64,000 bases of DNA from an uncultured delta proteobacterium (GTDB lineage Bacteria; Desulfobacterota; Desulfobacteria; Desulfobacterales; UBA11574). The stretch spans positions 12,418 to 76,417 of the forward strand of contig CAWBNO010000029.1 in the NCBI GenBank assembly GCA_963790095.1, written 5' to 3'. Each line of letters begins with the position of its first letter. Position 1 is the stretch's first letter. Shown here piece after piece: positions 49,565 through 60,370 of this stretch. The translations under genes and the position numbers were made by a program. The notes beneath the pieces are model-generated. The model worked only from the letters and a program-made list of their open reading frames with translations, did no database searches and had not been told where the DNA came from.

Positions 49565-50908
49565 ATGATGGATAAAATAAAAAACAGGCCGATTAAACCG
49601 GAACACAGCAAAGAGAATTTTGTAACCGCCGTTGTGGCAAATAGTTCGGGTGAGATTTTCGATCTCCATGGATATGCAGCTGCAGGAATGGCGGGCGCCG
49701 CCCTCGTTCCCCTGACATTGGATGACACGATTCCGATGCCGTTCGGGGGAGAGCTGATGATGATGCCGGACAGAAAGCCTGTTCTTTACAATATTGGCAA
49801 TCGCCGGTTTGAAATATTGGATGAAAATCCATACGCACCCGGAGAACTGATCTTTCCGGTTGCGGCATTTAATTCACCCGGTTTTGTCATTTCTTATGTG
49901 AGCGCCTACCGGGAAAATACGGCCGCCGGATTTCTTCCCCTGTTTTCATACGGGGCCGTGGGATGGCACGAAGACAGATTCAGATCTGCAGTGATACGGG
50001 TGGACAGGGAACCGCGGCAGGATTTGCGGTGGATGAAACCCGAAGATGTCGTTGCCGGAATCGCCGACATACAAAGGAAAATGCCGGACAACCGACTGGA
50101 AACCCACCTTGAAAAATGCGCCATGGAATACGGCTGCCCGGCAGCCAAGAATTTCTTTTTGGGCAGGTATGAGGCACCGCTGCCGACCTCCCCAAGCTGC
50201 AATGCACGCTGTTTGGGCTGTTTGTCCCTTCAAAAAGACAATGAAATTCCCATCAGTCAAACCAGAATCAATTTCACGCCGTCTTCGGCGGAGATTGCCG
50301 AGATCGCACTTTTACACACACGGCGGGTAAAACAAAGCGTTGTCAGCTTTGGACAGGGGTGTGAAGGAGATCCCTTACTGGCCGCCCACGTCATTGGGCC
50401 GGCCATAAATCAGATTCGCTCGGTGACCGGTGGCGGTACCATCAATATGAACACCAACGGGAGCAAGCCACAAACCCTGAAAAAGCTGTTTGAAGCCGGC
50501 CTCGACAGCGTTCGAATCAGTCTCAACAGTGTCAGAAAAGACTGCTATAATGCATACTTTCGGCCCAACGGTTACAGCTTTTCGGATGTTATAAAGAGCA
50601 TTGAAATTGCACTGGAACTGGGAAAATTTGTATCCATCAATTATTTAAATTGCCCCGGATTTACCGACTCCCCAAAAGAGCTGGAAACGCTGACTGATTT
50701 TTTAAAGGCCCATCCCATAGGCATGATTCAATGGCGAAACTTAAATTTCGATCCCATCCGGTATTGGGATATGATGTCTGCTGTTGCCGACCACGGCACA
50801 CCTTTGGGGATGCAGCATATTCTCGATGGAATTAAAGAATCTTTTCCCGGTCTAAAATACGGATACTTTAATCCTCCCAAAGAAAAGTTTTACGTGAATA
50901 GATCCTAA
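49565..50908 (+). CDS. radical SAM protein
   Basis: CNARCLGC, SFGQGCEGDP, MNTNGS. Confidence 0.88.
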   Translation: MMDKIKNRPIKPEHSKENFVTAVVANSSGEIFDLHGYAAAGMAGAALVPLTLDDTIPMPFGGELMMMPDRKPVLYNIGNRRFEILDENPYAPGELIFPVAAFNSPGFVISYVSAYRENTAAGFLPLFSYGAVGWHEDRFRSAVIRVDREPRQDLRWMKPEDVVAGIADIQRKMPDNRLETHLEKCAMEYGCPAAKNFFLGRYEAPLPTSPSCNARCLGCLSLQKDNEIPISQTRINFTPSSAEIAEIALLHTRRVKQSVVSFGQGCEGDPLLAAHVIGPAINQIRSVTGGGTINMNTNGSKPQTLKKLFEAGLDSVRISLNSVRKDCYNAYFRPNGYSFSDVIKSIEIALELGKFVSINYLNCPGFTDSPKELETLTDFLKAHPIGMIQWRNLNFDPIRYWDMMSAVADHGTPLGMQHILDGIKESFPGLKYGYFNPPKEKFYVNRS

Positions 50909-50933
50909 CGTTATAAGGAGACCCTAAAAAATC

Positions 50934-51851
50934 ATGCGCTGGATAGAAGCAAAGGTTATTTTTGAATCCCAAGACACCCAATTGGCAACAGAGCTCATTT
51001 CCCATCTGTTTTATGACCTTGGCCTCCAGGGCGTTGTTGTGGAAACGCCGGAAATCGACCCTTCGGAAGATTGGGGGGACGATGCCCTAATCCCCGAACA
51101 CTGGGCGGTGATCGGTTATTTTCCCCATGACGAACAGTCTAAAAAACGGCTTAAAACCATTGAAAAAAATCTGGAAACCCTCGAAACCATAAACGGCATC
51201 AAATCCCGCACCGTTTATGCCGGGATCGACGAAGCAGACTGGAGTGAAACATGGAAAGCTTTTTTCAAGCCCGAAAAAATCACCGAAAACATCGTGGTGA
51301 AACCCACCTGGAAGAACTATTCCCGGAATCGCGATGACATCGTTCTTGAGATCGATCCGGGCATGGCGTTTGGTACCGGAACCCATCCCACAACCACCAT
51401 GTGCATCGCCATGATTGAAAAATATCTTAAAAGAACCGATTCTTTTCTGGATGTGGGGACCGGTTCAGGCATCCTTATGGTTGCGGCGGCAAAACTGGGG
51501 GCAAGCAACGTCTGGGGAACGGACAATGACGCCGTCGCTGTTGATATTGCGCGTAAGAATTTGATTCAAAACAGAATATCGGAATCGACCTTTAACCTCC
51601 TAATCACTCATCTTGTGGACACGGTGACAGAACGATTCGACCTGGTGGCGGCCAATTTGACGACAACGGCGGTTTTAACCCTCTTCGATGACACCAAAAG
51701 GGTCCTGACCCCAAACGGGCGGTTGATCTGTTCGGGCATCATTGAAGCGGACCAGAAAAAGGTTTTGGAAAAAATGGCGAATCTGGGCTTTGAAGCCCTC
51801 GAAGTGCTTATCAAAGAAGGCTGGGCTGCATGTGTTTGCAAGTCAATATAA
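50934..51851 (+). CDS. prmA: ribosomal protein L11 methyltransferase
   Basis: DPGMAFGTGTHPTT, LDVGTGSGIL. Confidence 0.95.
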   Translation: MRWIEAKVIFESQDTQLATELISHLFYDLGLQGVVVETPEIDPSEDWGDDALIPEHWAVIGYFPHDEQSKKRLKTIEKNLETLETINGIKSRTVYAGIDEADWSETWKAFFKPEKITENIVVKPTWKNYSRNRDDIVLEIDPGMAFGTGTHPTTTMCIAMIEKYLKRTDSFLDVGTGSGILMVAAAKLGASNVWGTDNDAVAVDIARKNLIQNRISESTFNLLITHLVDTVTERFDLVAANLTTTAVLTLFDDTKRVLTPNGRLICSGIIEADQKKVLEKMANLGFEALEVLIKEGWAACVCKSI

Positions 51852-51997
51852 CGGTGTTTAAAAGGGTTCCGATTCGCTTTTAAGGGGATCATAGAAAACT
51901 ATTTGAATAACAAAGATTTCCAATAACATTAAACGACTCAACCCTTCGCTGATAACGACGACGTGACAAACACATTCTATGGGGCAATGCCTAAATG

Positions 51998-52792
51998 TTA
52001 CGACGTGCCCTGACTCCCGATCCCCCTGGACGATCGTCTCCATCGGAACCCTCTGTGCCTTCCCTTGGACGCGTTCTCGAGGGGCAGGCGCGGCTCACCG
52101 CCACCGGGGGGCAGGATATCCTTGTCCTCCGAAGCGACCCATACAAAACGAAACTTCGATTTACTCCCCTTGTAGGCGGAAACCCGGAAGCGGCGCACAT
52201 GAAAGCTGCAACGCATCAGGAGCTGCTCGAATTTCTTACTCGGCTCAGCCGACCATACCGCCAGACACCCCTGTTCGCGCAGCGCTCGGCGACAGGCCTG
52301 AATTCCTTTGCGACCGTAAAAACGGCGATTTCCTGAATCTGTCATCGCATTGGGACCATTGTCGATATCCAGCAGGATCGCATCGAATCTGCTCTTGGAA
52401 CGTGAGATAAGCTCGACCATATCGCCTGTCTTGACGTCAACGCGTTGGTCCCCCAGCACCTGACCGTTGAGTTCCCCGAAAAACTCACGATTCCATTCCA
52501 CCACAGCAACCAGCAGCTCACCCACCACCACTTGGGCGCCGGGGCCGAGCATATGAAGAGCCTGACGCAAGGTATAGCCCATACCCAAGCCGCCGATGAG
52601 TATTCTGGGGGCCTTGCGACCCGCCAGATGCGCACACCCCAGCCTCGCCAGCTCCAGTTCCGACTCATGTTGGCGACTGTTCATCAAATCCTGACCATTG
52701 ATCATGATGGAGAAATCACGGCCATGCTGATAAAGCACCATCTCGCTTCCGTCCGGAGTCCGGGCTGTCCCTATTCTTACCCTCGGTTTCAT
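51998..52792 (-). CDS. spermidine synthase-like SAM-dependent methyltransferase
   Basis: LMNSRQHESE, IGGLGMGYT, LLDIDNGP. Confidence 0.85.
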   Translation of the reverse strand: MKPRVRIGTARTPDGSEMVLYQHGRDFSIMINGQDLMNSRQHESELELARLGCAHLAGRKAPRILIGGLGMGYTLRQALHMLGPGAQVVVGELLVAVVEWNREFFGELNGQVLGDQRVDVKTGDMVELISRSKSRFDAILLDIDNGPNAMTDSGNRRFYGRKGIQACRRALREQGCLAVWSAEPSKKFEQLLMRCSFHVRRFRVSAYKGSKSKFRFVWVASEDKDILPPGGGEPRLPLENASKGRHRGFRWRRSSRGIGSQGTS

Positions 52793-52889
52793 GGTGGCAT
52801 CCTATGGGTGACAAGTGGCAGAGGTAGCGGGGTTACGTTCCGGTTGTTGGTCGTCAAAGAGCATTTGCATGGGAATGTTTTGGTGTGAT

Positions 52890-53204
52890 TCAACCGACAA
52901 AGGAACAGCAGTAATCCGTTATTGTTTTGATCCTTAGTCCGAATTTGGATCGAGCAGGAACTTCGAAAGCTTCTCCATCTTTAATTGTTTTCCACCCTTT
53001 CTCTCCCGGCAGTGACACTTCGAGATCTCCGGAAATAATTTCCATGATTTCTTTATCATCCGTATTGAATTCATATTCCCCGGGCAGCATTATTCCGAGG
53101 GTCTTTCGGGACCCGTCTGGAAAAATAACCGAACGACTGGTAACCTTTCCATCAAAGTAAATATTTGCTTTTTTAATTATCGCGACATCCTTGAATTCAG
53201 ACAT
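52890..53204 (-). CDS. ppnP: pyrimidine/purine nucleoside phosphorylase (DUF1255)
   Basis: [26 protein letters not shown]. Confidence 0.88.
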   Translation of the reverse strand: MSEFKDVAIIKKANIYFDGKVTSRSVIFPDGSRKTLGIMLPGEYEFNTDDKEIMEIISGDLEVSLPGEKGWKTIKDGEAFEVPARSKFGLRIKTITDYCCSFVG

Positions 53205-53229
53205 GAACCTCTCCTCTCCATTAAAAAAT

Positions 53230-53895
53230 TTATGTGGGCCGCCCATATTCTCCCATGAGCAGCCTGTTTTTGGGCGTGATATCGTTGGGAATTTTCTGGG
53301 TCACAATCCGGTATCCCTTTGATCTAAGCCGCACCGCTCTTGCCGTATCCACGGCAAGGGTTTTTTCCATCCAACCTTCAAGGCCGTCTGTGGAAGACTC
53401 CTTCAAATCATGACAGCAGGGCAGAACCGCGACCCTGGCACGCTGTTCGATGGCCTTGTCAATAATCAGATCGGTTAAAGATCCACAGGCATGGGCTGAG
53501 ACCACAATATCATCCGGAAGAATGGTGACTTCCTGGACCGGCACTTCTTTGTAGATGACCCTGTTTTTCAGTCTCGGCCAGGATGTGATCAATGCCTTGG
53601 ACAATTTCCCTGCATTTAAAGGAATTTTTTTGTCCACGGCAATGGCTGTCTTTGAACTGTCATCGAGGATGAGCATGATGTGCGCCAAAAGGCCATGACC
53701 GCAGGCAAGATCTATAATCCTGCCGCCCCTGTATCTTCGCCGGACCCTTCTTGCCATTTCCCATGCTTCATAGAGCTCTTTTCTTGGAAGGGTTCCAGCG
53801 CGGCAGACAGCCCTTGCAATTTTATCGAAAAGGGTGCTGTCGGCAAACAATGACGCCTGCCGGGGGGTTAACCTGTTCTTTGAAGATTTTTTCAT
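53230..53895 (-). CDS. SAM-dependent methyltransferase
   Basis: [26 protein letters not shown]. Confidence 0.82.
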   Translation of the reverse strand: MKKSSKNRLTPRQASLFADSTLFDKIARAVCRAGTLPRKELYEAWEMARRVRRRYRGGRIIDLACGHGLLAHIMLILDDSSKTAIAVDKKIPLNAGKLSKALITSWPRLKNRVIYKEVPVQEVTILPDDIVVSAHACGSLTDLIIDKAIEQRARVAVLPCCHDLKESSTDGLEGWMEKTLAVDTARAVRLRSKGYRIVTQKIPNDITPKNRLLMGEYGRPT

Positions 53896-53975
53896 GATCG
53901 ATAAATTACGTGACGTCTCCTGACGATCACATGATGCAGGGCACCGGGTTCATCTATTCTCGCTTTCCGTGGCAT
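53892..53975 (-). pseudogene. RAYT / IS200-like Y1 transposase N-terminal remnant
   Basis: MPRKARIDEPGALHHVIVR then loss of homology and a stop. Confidence 0.7.
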
Positions 53976-54041
53976 GATTAGCAAGTATCACATACCATCT
54001 TCAATGAAACGCATAAAATCATCGGCGTCCCTATTATTGCC

Positions 54042-54476
54042 CTATTTGTATGTTTTGCCCTCATGCCTTAACCAGCCGCCAACATGACGGCCACTTGGAT
54101 CGTGGTGGGTCCAGTGGACAACGCCACCTTTTGCATTCCATTCATATTCACCATAGAACTCTACTTTATCCTCTCTGTTTAAGCGACTGATTCGGGGGGC
54201 TAAATCAATATTATGAGCGACCATCAATGTTTGGCCGCTGCTGAGCCTTAAAACGAACCTTTGATGTCTTGACCCCTCAAGATCATCAGGCAATATCTTT
54301 ATTACAACGCCGCCTCCTTGTACCTGAAGGCCGCTTTGTCTGGAGTTGTATGCTTGCTGGAGAACGCTATCATCGCTTTGCGACCATGACGAAAAAAAAG
54401 GAAAGGTAATGTTTCGCTCTTGAACGTATCCAAATGCCAATACCGCAATAACCGCTATGAAAAGGTATTTCTTCAT
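54042..54476 (-). CDS. DUF3465-like exported protein
   Basis: GSRHQRF, AHNIDLAPR, GEYEW, HWTHHDP. Confidence 0.82.
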   Translation of the reverse strand: MKKYLFIAVIAVLAFGYVQERNITFPFFSSWSQSDDSVLQQAYNSRQSGLQVQGGGVVIKILPDDLEGSRHQRFVLRLSSGQTLMVAHNIDLAPRISRLNREDKVEFYGEYEWNAKGGVVHWTHHDPSGRHVGGWLRHEGKTYK

Positions 54477-54486
54477 ATTTTTTCAA

Positions 54487-54559
54487 TAAAATCATGGTGC
54501 TGACCGGCCGGGTTTGAACGCCGGCGTAAACCCGGTCTACGCCCGGAACATGGTTATAC
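54487..54559 (-). mobile_element. degenerate attC-like hairpin
   Basis: stop codon of the upstream gene lies in GTATAAC; CATG..CATG and CCGGGTTT/AAACCCGG arms; terminal GTT lost. Confidence 0.4.
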
Positions 54560-54871
54560 ATTTTCTACAAATATTACTTTTACAAATTCCGAGAGAACCT
54601 TAGCTCTATGTCTATGTTGTTTCCCATCAGGAATAAATACGCCATCTCCGGTTTGATAGATTATTTTTTCATTCTGGTATTCAATTTCGAACTTACCATC
54701 GAGGATGTATCCATAATGCCCTTTTTCACACCAATGAAGCGGCATTTCTTTTGAATACACAACAAGGCGTAATTGCGTGTCGCCGTGCTTAAAAATTTTG
54801 CATTTAACACCTTCAAATGGTTCTTCCCAATTTAAGTCATTAAAATTCACTTTATATTGAAGCATGGACAC
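54554..54871 (-). CDS. cupin-domain protein
   Basis: HWCEKGHYGYILDG, GDGVFIP..HRH. Confidence 0.8.
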   Translation of the reverse strand: MSMLQYKVNFNDLNWEEPFEGVKCKIFKHGDTQLRLVVYSKEMPLHWCEKGHYGYILDGKFEIEYQNEKIIYQTGDGVFIPDGKQHRHRAKVLSEFVKVIFVENV

Positions 54872-54877
54872 TCCTTT

Positions 54878-56157
54878 TTATAAGCGCTGGATCAGATAGG
54901 TGTAGACAGGCAATTGACTCTGATTTTTTATTTCAAAAAATTGTGGCAGCAACTCACGTTTCTTGGGGCTATCCTTTATTGGGGATAGGTAAATAGCCCC
55001 TTTACCATTTGAAGGCGGCGACGCGTCTCGAAGCAACTCTGCAAGGGATTGATAATGTCCGGGTGAAAGTGCTTCTCCCATAAGAAAATTTCCTGTAATC
55101 TCGATGTTTGCATGGGCAGCATTAATTTCGAGCATCTTCTGGAAAACTTCGCGAACATTTGATGCCGCAACAGGTTTACCAATGAATGCAAGGGTCGGCG
55201 CGTCTACGGATTCAAAACCGATGTTGATATACGTGTAGAATGGAAGGTGACTTGAGCTTTTCAAACAACTCATTTTTAGATTTGAGCAGAGAGTCCACGC
55301 TTCCAAAAAAGAATAGCAGGGGCGTTTTTGTGAATGAACCTCCCAGAGCCAAAAACCGTGCTGGCTTCAGAAGCGGCCAGATAGATCAATTCATCCCCCG
55401 CCGCAAGTGCATCATGATTCCCCAAAAATAGCGCTTTATAATTCTCGAGATTTCGACCATAAAAGGCCTTGAGTTGTCGAATCTGTTCGAGGATTTCGGA
55501 TCTTTGCCGGACCTGAAATTTTTGTGCTGATTTGACGCAACAGAAGCCGCAATGATAAAGACATCCGTCTGCAATAATCAGCGGAATTATCTCATAATCG
55601 ACATGTCGCGTATCCGGCGGAAGAACCGACACCGGGCCGCCGGTGATTGCACGCAATTTTTGCGATCGCTCGTACAGCACCCGGTCATCATTATTTAGAA
55701 TGAGGTCTATTAAGTTTTTAGCCTTTGAATGCAGCCCGTCTTTTCGAGCCCCATATAAATTCGCATACAATTGTGACCATGCCGCAAATGCATTCATTAT
55801 ACTGGGATCTGAGAGATAGTTAACTTCCCAAATTGAGTTGCTAATATATGGAAGACACGGCAAATAGTATTCGCCCAGCCACGAAATAATGCCATGTTCG
55901 CTGCTTTTGTCACCGACCGAATAATACACCCAGTCATTGCCATCCGTTCGTTTTAGCTGTTCAGCAGGATGAGGCCAGTTTATATTAAGACCTCGGATGA
56001 ACTTAACTTCCCCATTTAAATTAAACCGGAATTCGTATTCCGATGTTTTTATCTCCGAGTATTTTCCATATCGAAGGGGAAAGCTATCTTTTTTGATGTT
56101 GCGGGGGCCTTGCTTTTCAACGCTGATTAAAAGATTATTTAGGGGGGTAAATGCCAT
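54878..56157 (-). pseudogene. radical SAM gene with two frameshifts
   Basis: GCLYHCGFC; coding logic passes through three frames near 55340 and 55253 (PLLFFFGSVDSLL, then LPFYTYINIGFES). Confidence 0.75.
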
Positions 56158-56256
56158 CCTTCTCCCTCGATTGGATATTTTTTAAGTCTTAACACGCTAT
56201 TTTCATGGGTAAATTTACGACGCTAACCGGTCTGCCCTTCACGAAGACGGTACAAG

Positions 56257-56340
56257 CCCTCGATCACCGATCACGATCCACGTTTCACGTTTCCTTTCCC
56301 CTTGCCCATACTTTTTTCTTAAATGGGCGTTTTTGGCCCC
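56257..56340 (+). repeat. right-island intergenic repeat, copy 1 (partial)
   Basis: CCCTCGATCACCGATCAC...CCATACTTTTTTCTTAAATGGGCGTTTTTGGCCCC. Confidence 0.75.
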
Positions 56341-56359
56341 ATTTCCACCCGGGCACTGG

Positions 56360-56809
56360 TTAGGCCTGTTTGGGCAGTATATCGTTCAAGTGATGCCGCA
56401 AATGTCGCAGATAGTCCTTTACGACAAACGCTAACGTGACGGGATGATCTTTGCCAATGTTACACGACGAGGATATGGCATCTTGGGGTATGCGTTCAAC
56501 GACATGACTTAAGTGACGATTGTAAGCCGACCAAAGCTCGACCAGTACCCCCCAGTCAGATTCATTGTACTTCTGAATCCGAACCCAATCGTTTTGACTA
56601 TAGGTAGGAAAGTCGGCAGCAGTGTTGTGACAGGCTCTCACGAATCGATGGTGATTATTAGCGGCCGAGTCGATCAGATGGCCCAAGATCTCCTTTTTTG
56701 ACCAGTTATCTGGAGTTTCCTTCAAAGAGACTTCGTCAGGTTTCATGTGAGCCAGCCGACTTGAATTTTGGTCGACAATGCTTCTGATCTCCCGTGCGAT
56801 GTCCTTCAC
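56360..56809 (-). CDS. DinB-family protein
   Basis: WSKKEILGHLIDSAANNHHRF, DYLRHLRHHL; GGAGG RBS. Confidence 0.87.
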   Translation of the reverse strand: MKDIAREIRSIVDQNSSRLAHMKPDEVSLKETPDNWSKKEILGHLIDSAANNHHRFVRACHNTAADFPTYSQNDWVRIQKYNESDWGVLVELWSAYNRHLSHVVERIPQDAISSSCNIGKDHPVTLAFVVKDYLRHLRHHLNDILPKQA

Positions 56810-56831
56810 ATCAACCCTCCTCTCTTTCAGT

Positions 56832-56937
56832 GGGTTCGGTGCGGATAGCCAGCGGGCTGGAGGCGATAGAATTTGTTTTGGACTAAAAAGCTAACGACCC
56901 GAGATTCTTCCCGTCTGGTTCATCTGTTGGTTATCTG
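56832..56937 (-). mobile_element. degenerate attC site of the cupin cassette
   Basis: AGATAAC; GAT(G)AACCAG(A)CGGG pairing with CCCGCTGGCTATC with two extra bases; matching GTTATCTG core upstream of the gene at 57338-57331. Confidence 0.65.
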
Positions 56938-56941
56938 AAAT

Positions 56942-57307
56942 TTATATCCATATGCTGTTGTCGGCAGTCATTTCACCACCTGTGTTGCCGGTGTTAACTG
57001 TGCCTGCTGGTTCCACAAGCATAATCTTGCATTCTCTTTCGGCCAATGGTTTGTGTTCAACTCCTTTTGGAACAACCAACATCTCTCCCGCCTTCAAGTC
57101 AACTTTCCCATCTCGAAACTCTATGGACATTTCTCCATCAAGTGTTATGAAAACCTCATCAGTATCATCATGGCTGTGCCAAACAAAATCGCCTTTTAAT
57201 TTTACCAATTTGAAATGATAATCGTTCATTTGAGCAATAATTTTTGGCGACCAATGGTCAGAGAATTTAGCGAGTTTTTTCTGAAGGTTGATTGGTGTGT
57301 AATTCAT
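56942..57307 (-). CDS. cupin-domain protein (cassette-borne)
   Basis: [28 protein letters not shown]. Confidence 0.9.
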   Translation of the reverse strand: MNYTPINLQKKLAKFSDHWSPKIIAQMNDYHFKLVKLKGDFVWHSHDDTDEVFITLDGEMSIEFRDGKVDLKAGEMLVVPKGVEHKPLAERECKIMLVEPAGTVNTGNTGGEMTADNSIWI

Positions 57308-57402
57308 TTTTATCCCTTCATTGGTTTCTGCAGATAACATTATAGGTTTTAAAATTAAAAGCAACCGAGGTCGGGCCTTCATTCGGCAATTTCTTGAAGT
57401 AT

Positions 57403-58389
57403 TTAACGGTTGACCGCCTTCATCGCCGTCTCGGGGTAGCGCAAACCTTTAGCGGCGCCTAATGGTGCGGCCTGATCGATTTGTGCCATATCTTCTTTGC
57501 TGAGTTGTACTTGCAGGGCTTTGAGGTTATCTTCCAGGTACTCACTGTGTCTGGTGCCGACGATCGGCGCGATATCCTCCCCTCGAAACAGCAGCCAGGC
57601 CAGGGAAAGCTGGGCCAAGGAACACTGTTTTGCGGAAGCGATCTCTTCGAGCCGCCGGACGATGTCCAGATTGTGCTCAAGGTTATCTCCCTGAAAACGG
57701 GGAGAATTGCGTCGATAATCGCCTTCTTCAAAATCTTCGATCGATTTAATCCGGCCGGTTAAAAAACCGCGGCCCAACGGACTATAGGGCACAAATCCGA
57801 TCCCAAGTTCTCGGCAGGTGGCCAAAATTTCTACCTCGACATCACGGGTCCACAGCGAATATTCGGTTTGCAAGGCACTGATCGGATACACGGAATTGGC
57901 ACGCCGGATCGTCTGAGGGGCCGCTTCCGATAAACCGAGAAAACGCACTTTACCTTGCTTGACCAGATCCGCCATGGCGCCGACGGTTTCTTCGATGGGC
58001 GTATCGGGATCGACCCGGTGCTGATAGTACAAATCGATGATATCCACACCCAGGCGTTTCAAACTCGCATCGCACGCCGCTTTAACATAGGAAGGTTTCC
58101 CATTGACCCCCTTGAAGCTTCCGTCCGGACCGCGCACATTGCCGAATTTGGTCGCCAGCACCACCTTGTCGTGACGATTTTTAATAGCGCGGCCCACCAG
58201 TTCTTCATTGTGGCCCACGCCGTACATATCGGCAGTATCGAGGAAATTGATGCCCCAATCCAGCGCCTGATGAATAGTGCGTATCGATTGTTCTTCGTTG
58301 GTCGAACCATAAAATTCCGACATCCCCATGCATCCCAACCCGATGGCCGAAACCGTTGGGCCTTGTTTGCCCAATTTTATAAAATTCAT
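57403..58389 (-). CDS. aldo/keto reductase
   Basis: [35 protein letters not shown]. Confidence 0.93.
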   Translation of the reverse strand: MNFIKLGKQGPTVSAIGLGCMGMSEFYGSTNEEQSIRTIHQALDWGINFLDTADMYGVGHNEELVGRAIKNRHDKVVLATKFGNVRGPDGSFKGVNGKPSYVKAACDASLKRLGVDIIDLYYQHRVDPDTPIEETVGAMADLVKQGKVRFLGLSEAAPQTIRRANSVYPISALQTEYSLWTRDVEVEILATCRELGIGFVPYSPLGRGFLTGRIKSIEDFEEGDYRRNSPRFQGDNLEHNLDIVRRLEEIASAKQCSLAQLSLAWLLFRGEDIAPIVGTRHSEYLEDNLKALQVQLSKEDMAQIDQAAPLGAAKGLRYPETAMKAVNR

Positions 58390-58453
58390 GATATGCTCCT
58401 TTTTCAAAAGGGTTGCGGCATCGCCGCAAGAGGATATCTCTTTGACCCATTTT

Positions 58454-58572
58454 TTGCCCTTTGTCCGCGTGGTTTTCTCCTAAAAGTGTGTTTTTGGCCC
58501 CCAAAATACCGTTTAAAGACCTTATTGGACGCCAGTTTTAAACGTTTTGTTTATTATATCAAGATGTTTCTA
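58454..58572 (+). repeat. right-island repeat, copy 2
   Basis: TTGCCCTTTGTCC...TTTTGGCCCCCAAAAT...AAGACCTTATTGGACGCCA...ATTATATCAAGATGTTTCT. Confidence 0.85.
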
Positions 58573-58616
58573 TGGTGAGCGTTCCGCTTCCCGCCCCCTC
58601 CAAAAGGGTTTACACT

Positions 58617-59924
58617 TTAATGAAGGAGACCAGATTCAGTCGCCAAGTACCTACCCAGTCTTGTTCCGAGCGCGAGGAGCGTCAGCGTGGGCGGCAATCC
58701 CCAGGACTCTGGAATGACAGAGCAGTCACAAACATAGAGCCCCTTCAACTCGGTTTTCAGATCGCTATCCACCAAATCACCGATCTTTGCTGTGCCTCCT
58801 GGATGCGTCGCCATGAACCAGGTCTTGAAGATTTGGCGAGCACCTGCATTTTCTAAGATACTTCTGGCGTGCTCATACCCCCTAAGCAGCTTCCTTCTGT
58901 CTTTCTCATATAGTCGTTTTCTGACACCGCCCCGCTTTGTAAGATGCCCACCTAATCCATCCTTCCCTTTGATCATGATCGGCAATATGCGACCGTGTGA
59001 GGCCAATCGGTCAAAGCGCAGCACCTCAGTTACAAAAAGTGAGAAAAGCCATCTCGGCCACACGAGATCGGTCATCATATAGCCCGCCTCTTTATCGTGA
59101 TATCCCCCGGCCATGGGGAATTCTCTTCCACAATTGATATCATCTACTTCGCCCATTGCGACGATTAGGGGGTCAAAGAAAAAGTCGTAACCAGCTCCGG
59201 AAAAACCGGAATTTCGGAGAATGAGAGGGGTTCCAAGTCCTCCCGCCGCAATTACGATTACTGGCGCTGTCACTTGATGCGTTTTTCCAGCCTTGGTGAA
59301 CCTTACGGTAGTCGCAGAATCCGCGTGCGTCACTACGCGCTGCACATGCGCACCGGTCAACAGCAATGACCCTCTGCCAAGAGCCTTGTCGATGAACATT
59401 CGCGATGTCCATTTTGCGCCATACGGGCAGCCCATCGTACACTTGTCGCAGTTGAGTCGGCATTTTCCCTGATAGACGATCTTAGGGAGTTTGTGCCAGG
59501 CATAACCGAGAGCCTGCGCACTTTCCATGATCCTTCGAGCCGCGGGACCAAGCAGATCGTTCGACAAGGGTGCGATGGGGAGCTCCTTCTTGATCTGCTC
59601 AACGTCCGGCCGAAGATCGATACCGTAGGATTCGAACATCTCATAAGGTGGATCAATGGCACAAGCATAATACAAGACCGTACTCCCGCCATAAGCAATT
59701 CCGCGCACAAGCGATAGGAATTGCGGGGTAACCAGGAAGCTTCTGCCCGGGATCATCGCGAACGATGCGCATTGAAAGGGGGTGCCTTTGATCTTATCTC
59801 CAGACCCTTTCTCCAGCACCAGGACTCGCTTGCCGTGCTTGCTCAATTCATGCGTCACTGCAGCGCCACCCGGCCCAGAGCCAACGATGATTGCGTCAAA
59901 TGAGGTATTCTTCAACGTATGCAT
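58617..59924 (-). CDS. GMC-family FAD oxidoreductase
   Basis: IVGSGPGG, YGGST, CxxCxxCxMGC, HPGGTAKIG, LYVCDCSV. Confidence 0.85.
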   Translation of the reverse strand: MHTLKNTSFDAIIVGSGPGGAAVTHELSKHGKRVLVLEKGSGDKIKGTPFQCASFAMIPGRSFLVTPQFLSLVRGIAYGGSTVLYYACAIDPPYEMFESYGIDLRPDVEQIKKELPIAPLSNDLLGPAARRIMESAQALGYAWHKLPKIVYQGKCRLNCDKCTMGCPYGAKWTSRMFIDKALGRGSLLLTGAHVQRVVTHADSATTVRFTKAGKTHQVTAPVIVIAAGGLGTPLILRNSGFSGAGYDFFFDPLIVAMGEVDDINCGREFPMAGGYHDKEAGYMMTDLVWPRWLFSLFVTEVLRFDRLASHGRILPIMIKGKDGLGGHLTKRGGVRKRLYEKDRRKLLRGYEHARSILENAGARQIFKTWFMATHPGGTAKIGDLVDSDLKTELKGLYVCDCSVIPESWGLPPTLTLLALGTRLGRYLATESGLLH

Positions 59925-59957
59925 GAAACATCCTCTCGGTTTGCATCAAAACCGGAG

Positions 59958-60230
59958 CCCCTTGATCACCAATCACTTTTCACTGTTCACATTTCATTGC
60001 CCTTTGTCCATACTTTTTTCTTAAACGGGCATTTTTGGGCCTAAAAATGCCCTTTTAAGACATTATTTGACGCATTTTTAAAACAATTTTTCTAGACCCA
60101 ACCCCAATTTTGCCGATATTTTTCTCTTATATGTGCGTTTTTGGCGTCTCGAAATGCCCTTTTAAGACCTTTTGGGACGCCAACTTTAAACATATTATCG
60201 ATTATATCAAGATGTTTCTGTAGCCCGCCC
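59958..60230 (+). repeat. right-island repeat, tandem copies 3 (59958-60090) and 4 (60108-60230)
   Basis: both share TTTTTGG..AAATGCCCTTTTAAGAC..GACGC..TTTAAA. Confidence 0.85.
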
Positions 60231-60370
60231 CGGAGGTCCTCCCATTCACTTCTTGTAGCGTATATTGTTCGGCAGATATCCTGGACTTGAGCTTTTAAAC
60301 GATGTATAGGAAAGAGATGTCTTTGCAAGGTGCATAAATACTGCAACTAAACCAAAAGAAAGTTGACATC

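Noticed and set aside
52823-52836. GGTAGCGGGGTTAC resembling the 3' end of a c-di-GMP-I riboswitch
   Set aside because: The GGCAAACC/GAAA/GCAAA 5' elements are missing and it lies on the strand opposite the flanking genes.
60092-60346. 84-aa ORF (also 21535-21750 and 5800-6069)
   Set aside because: These run through repeat, MITE or IS-remnant DNA and are best read as chance frames.
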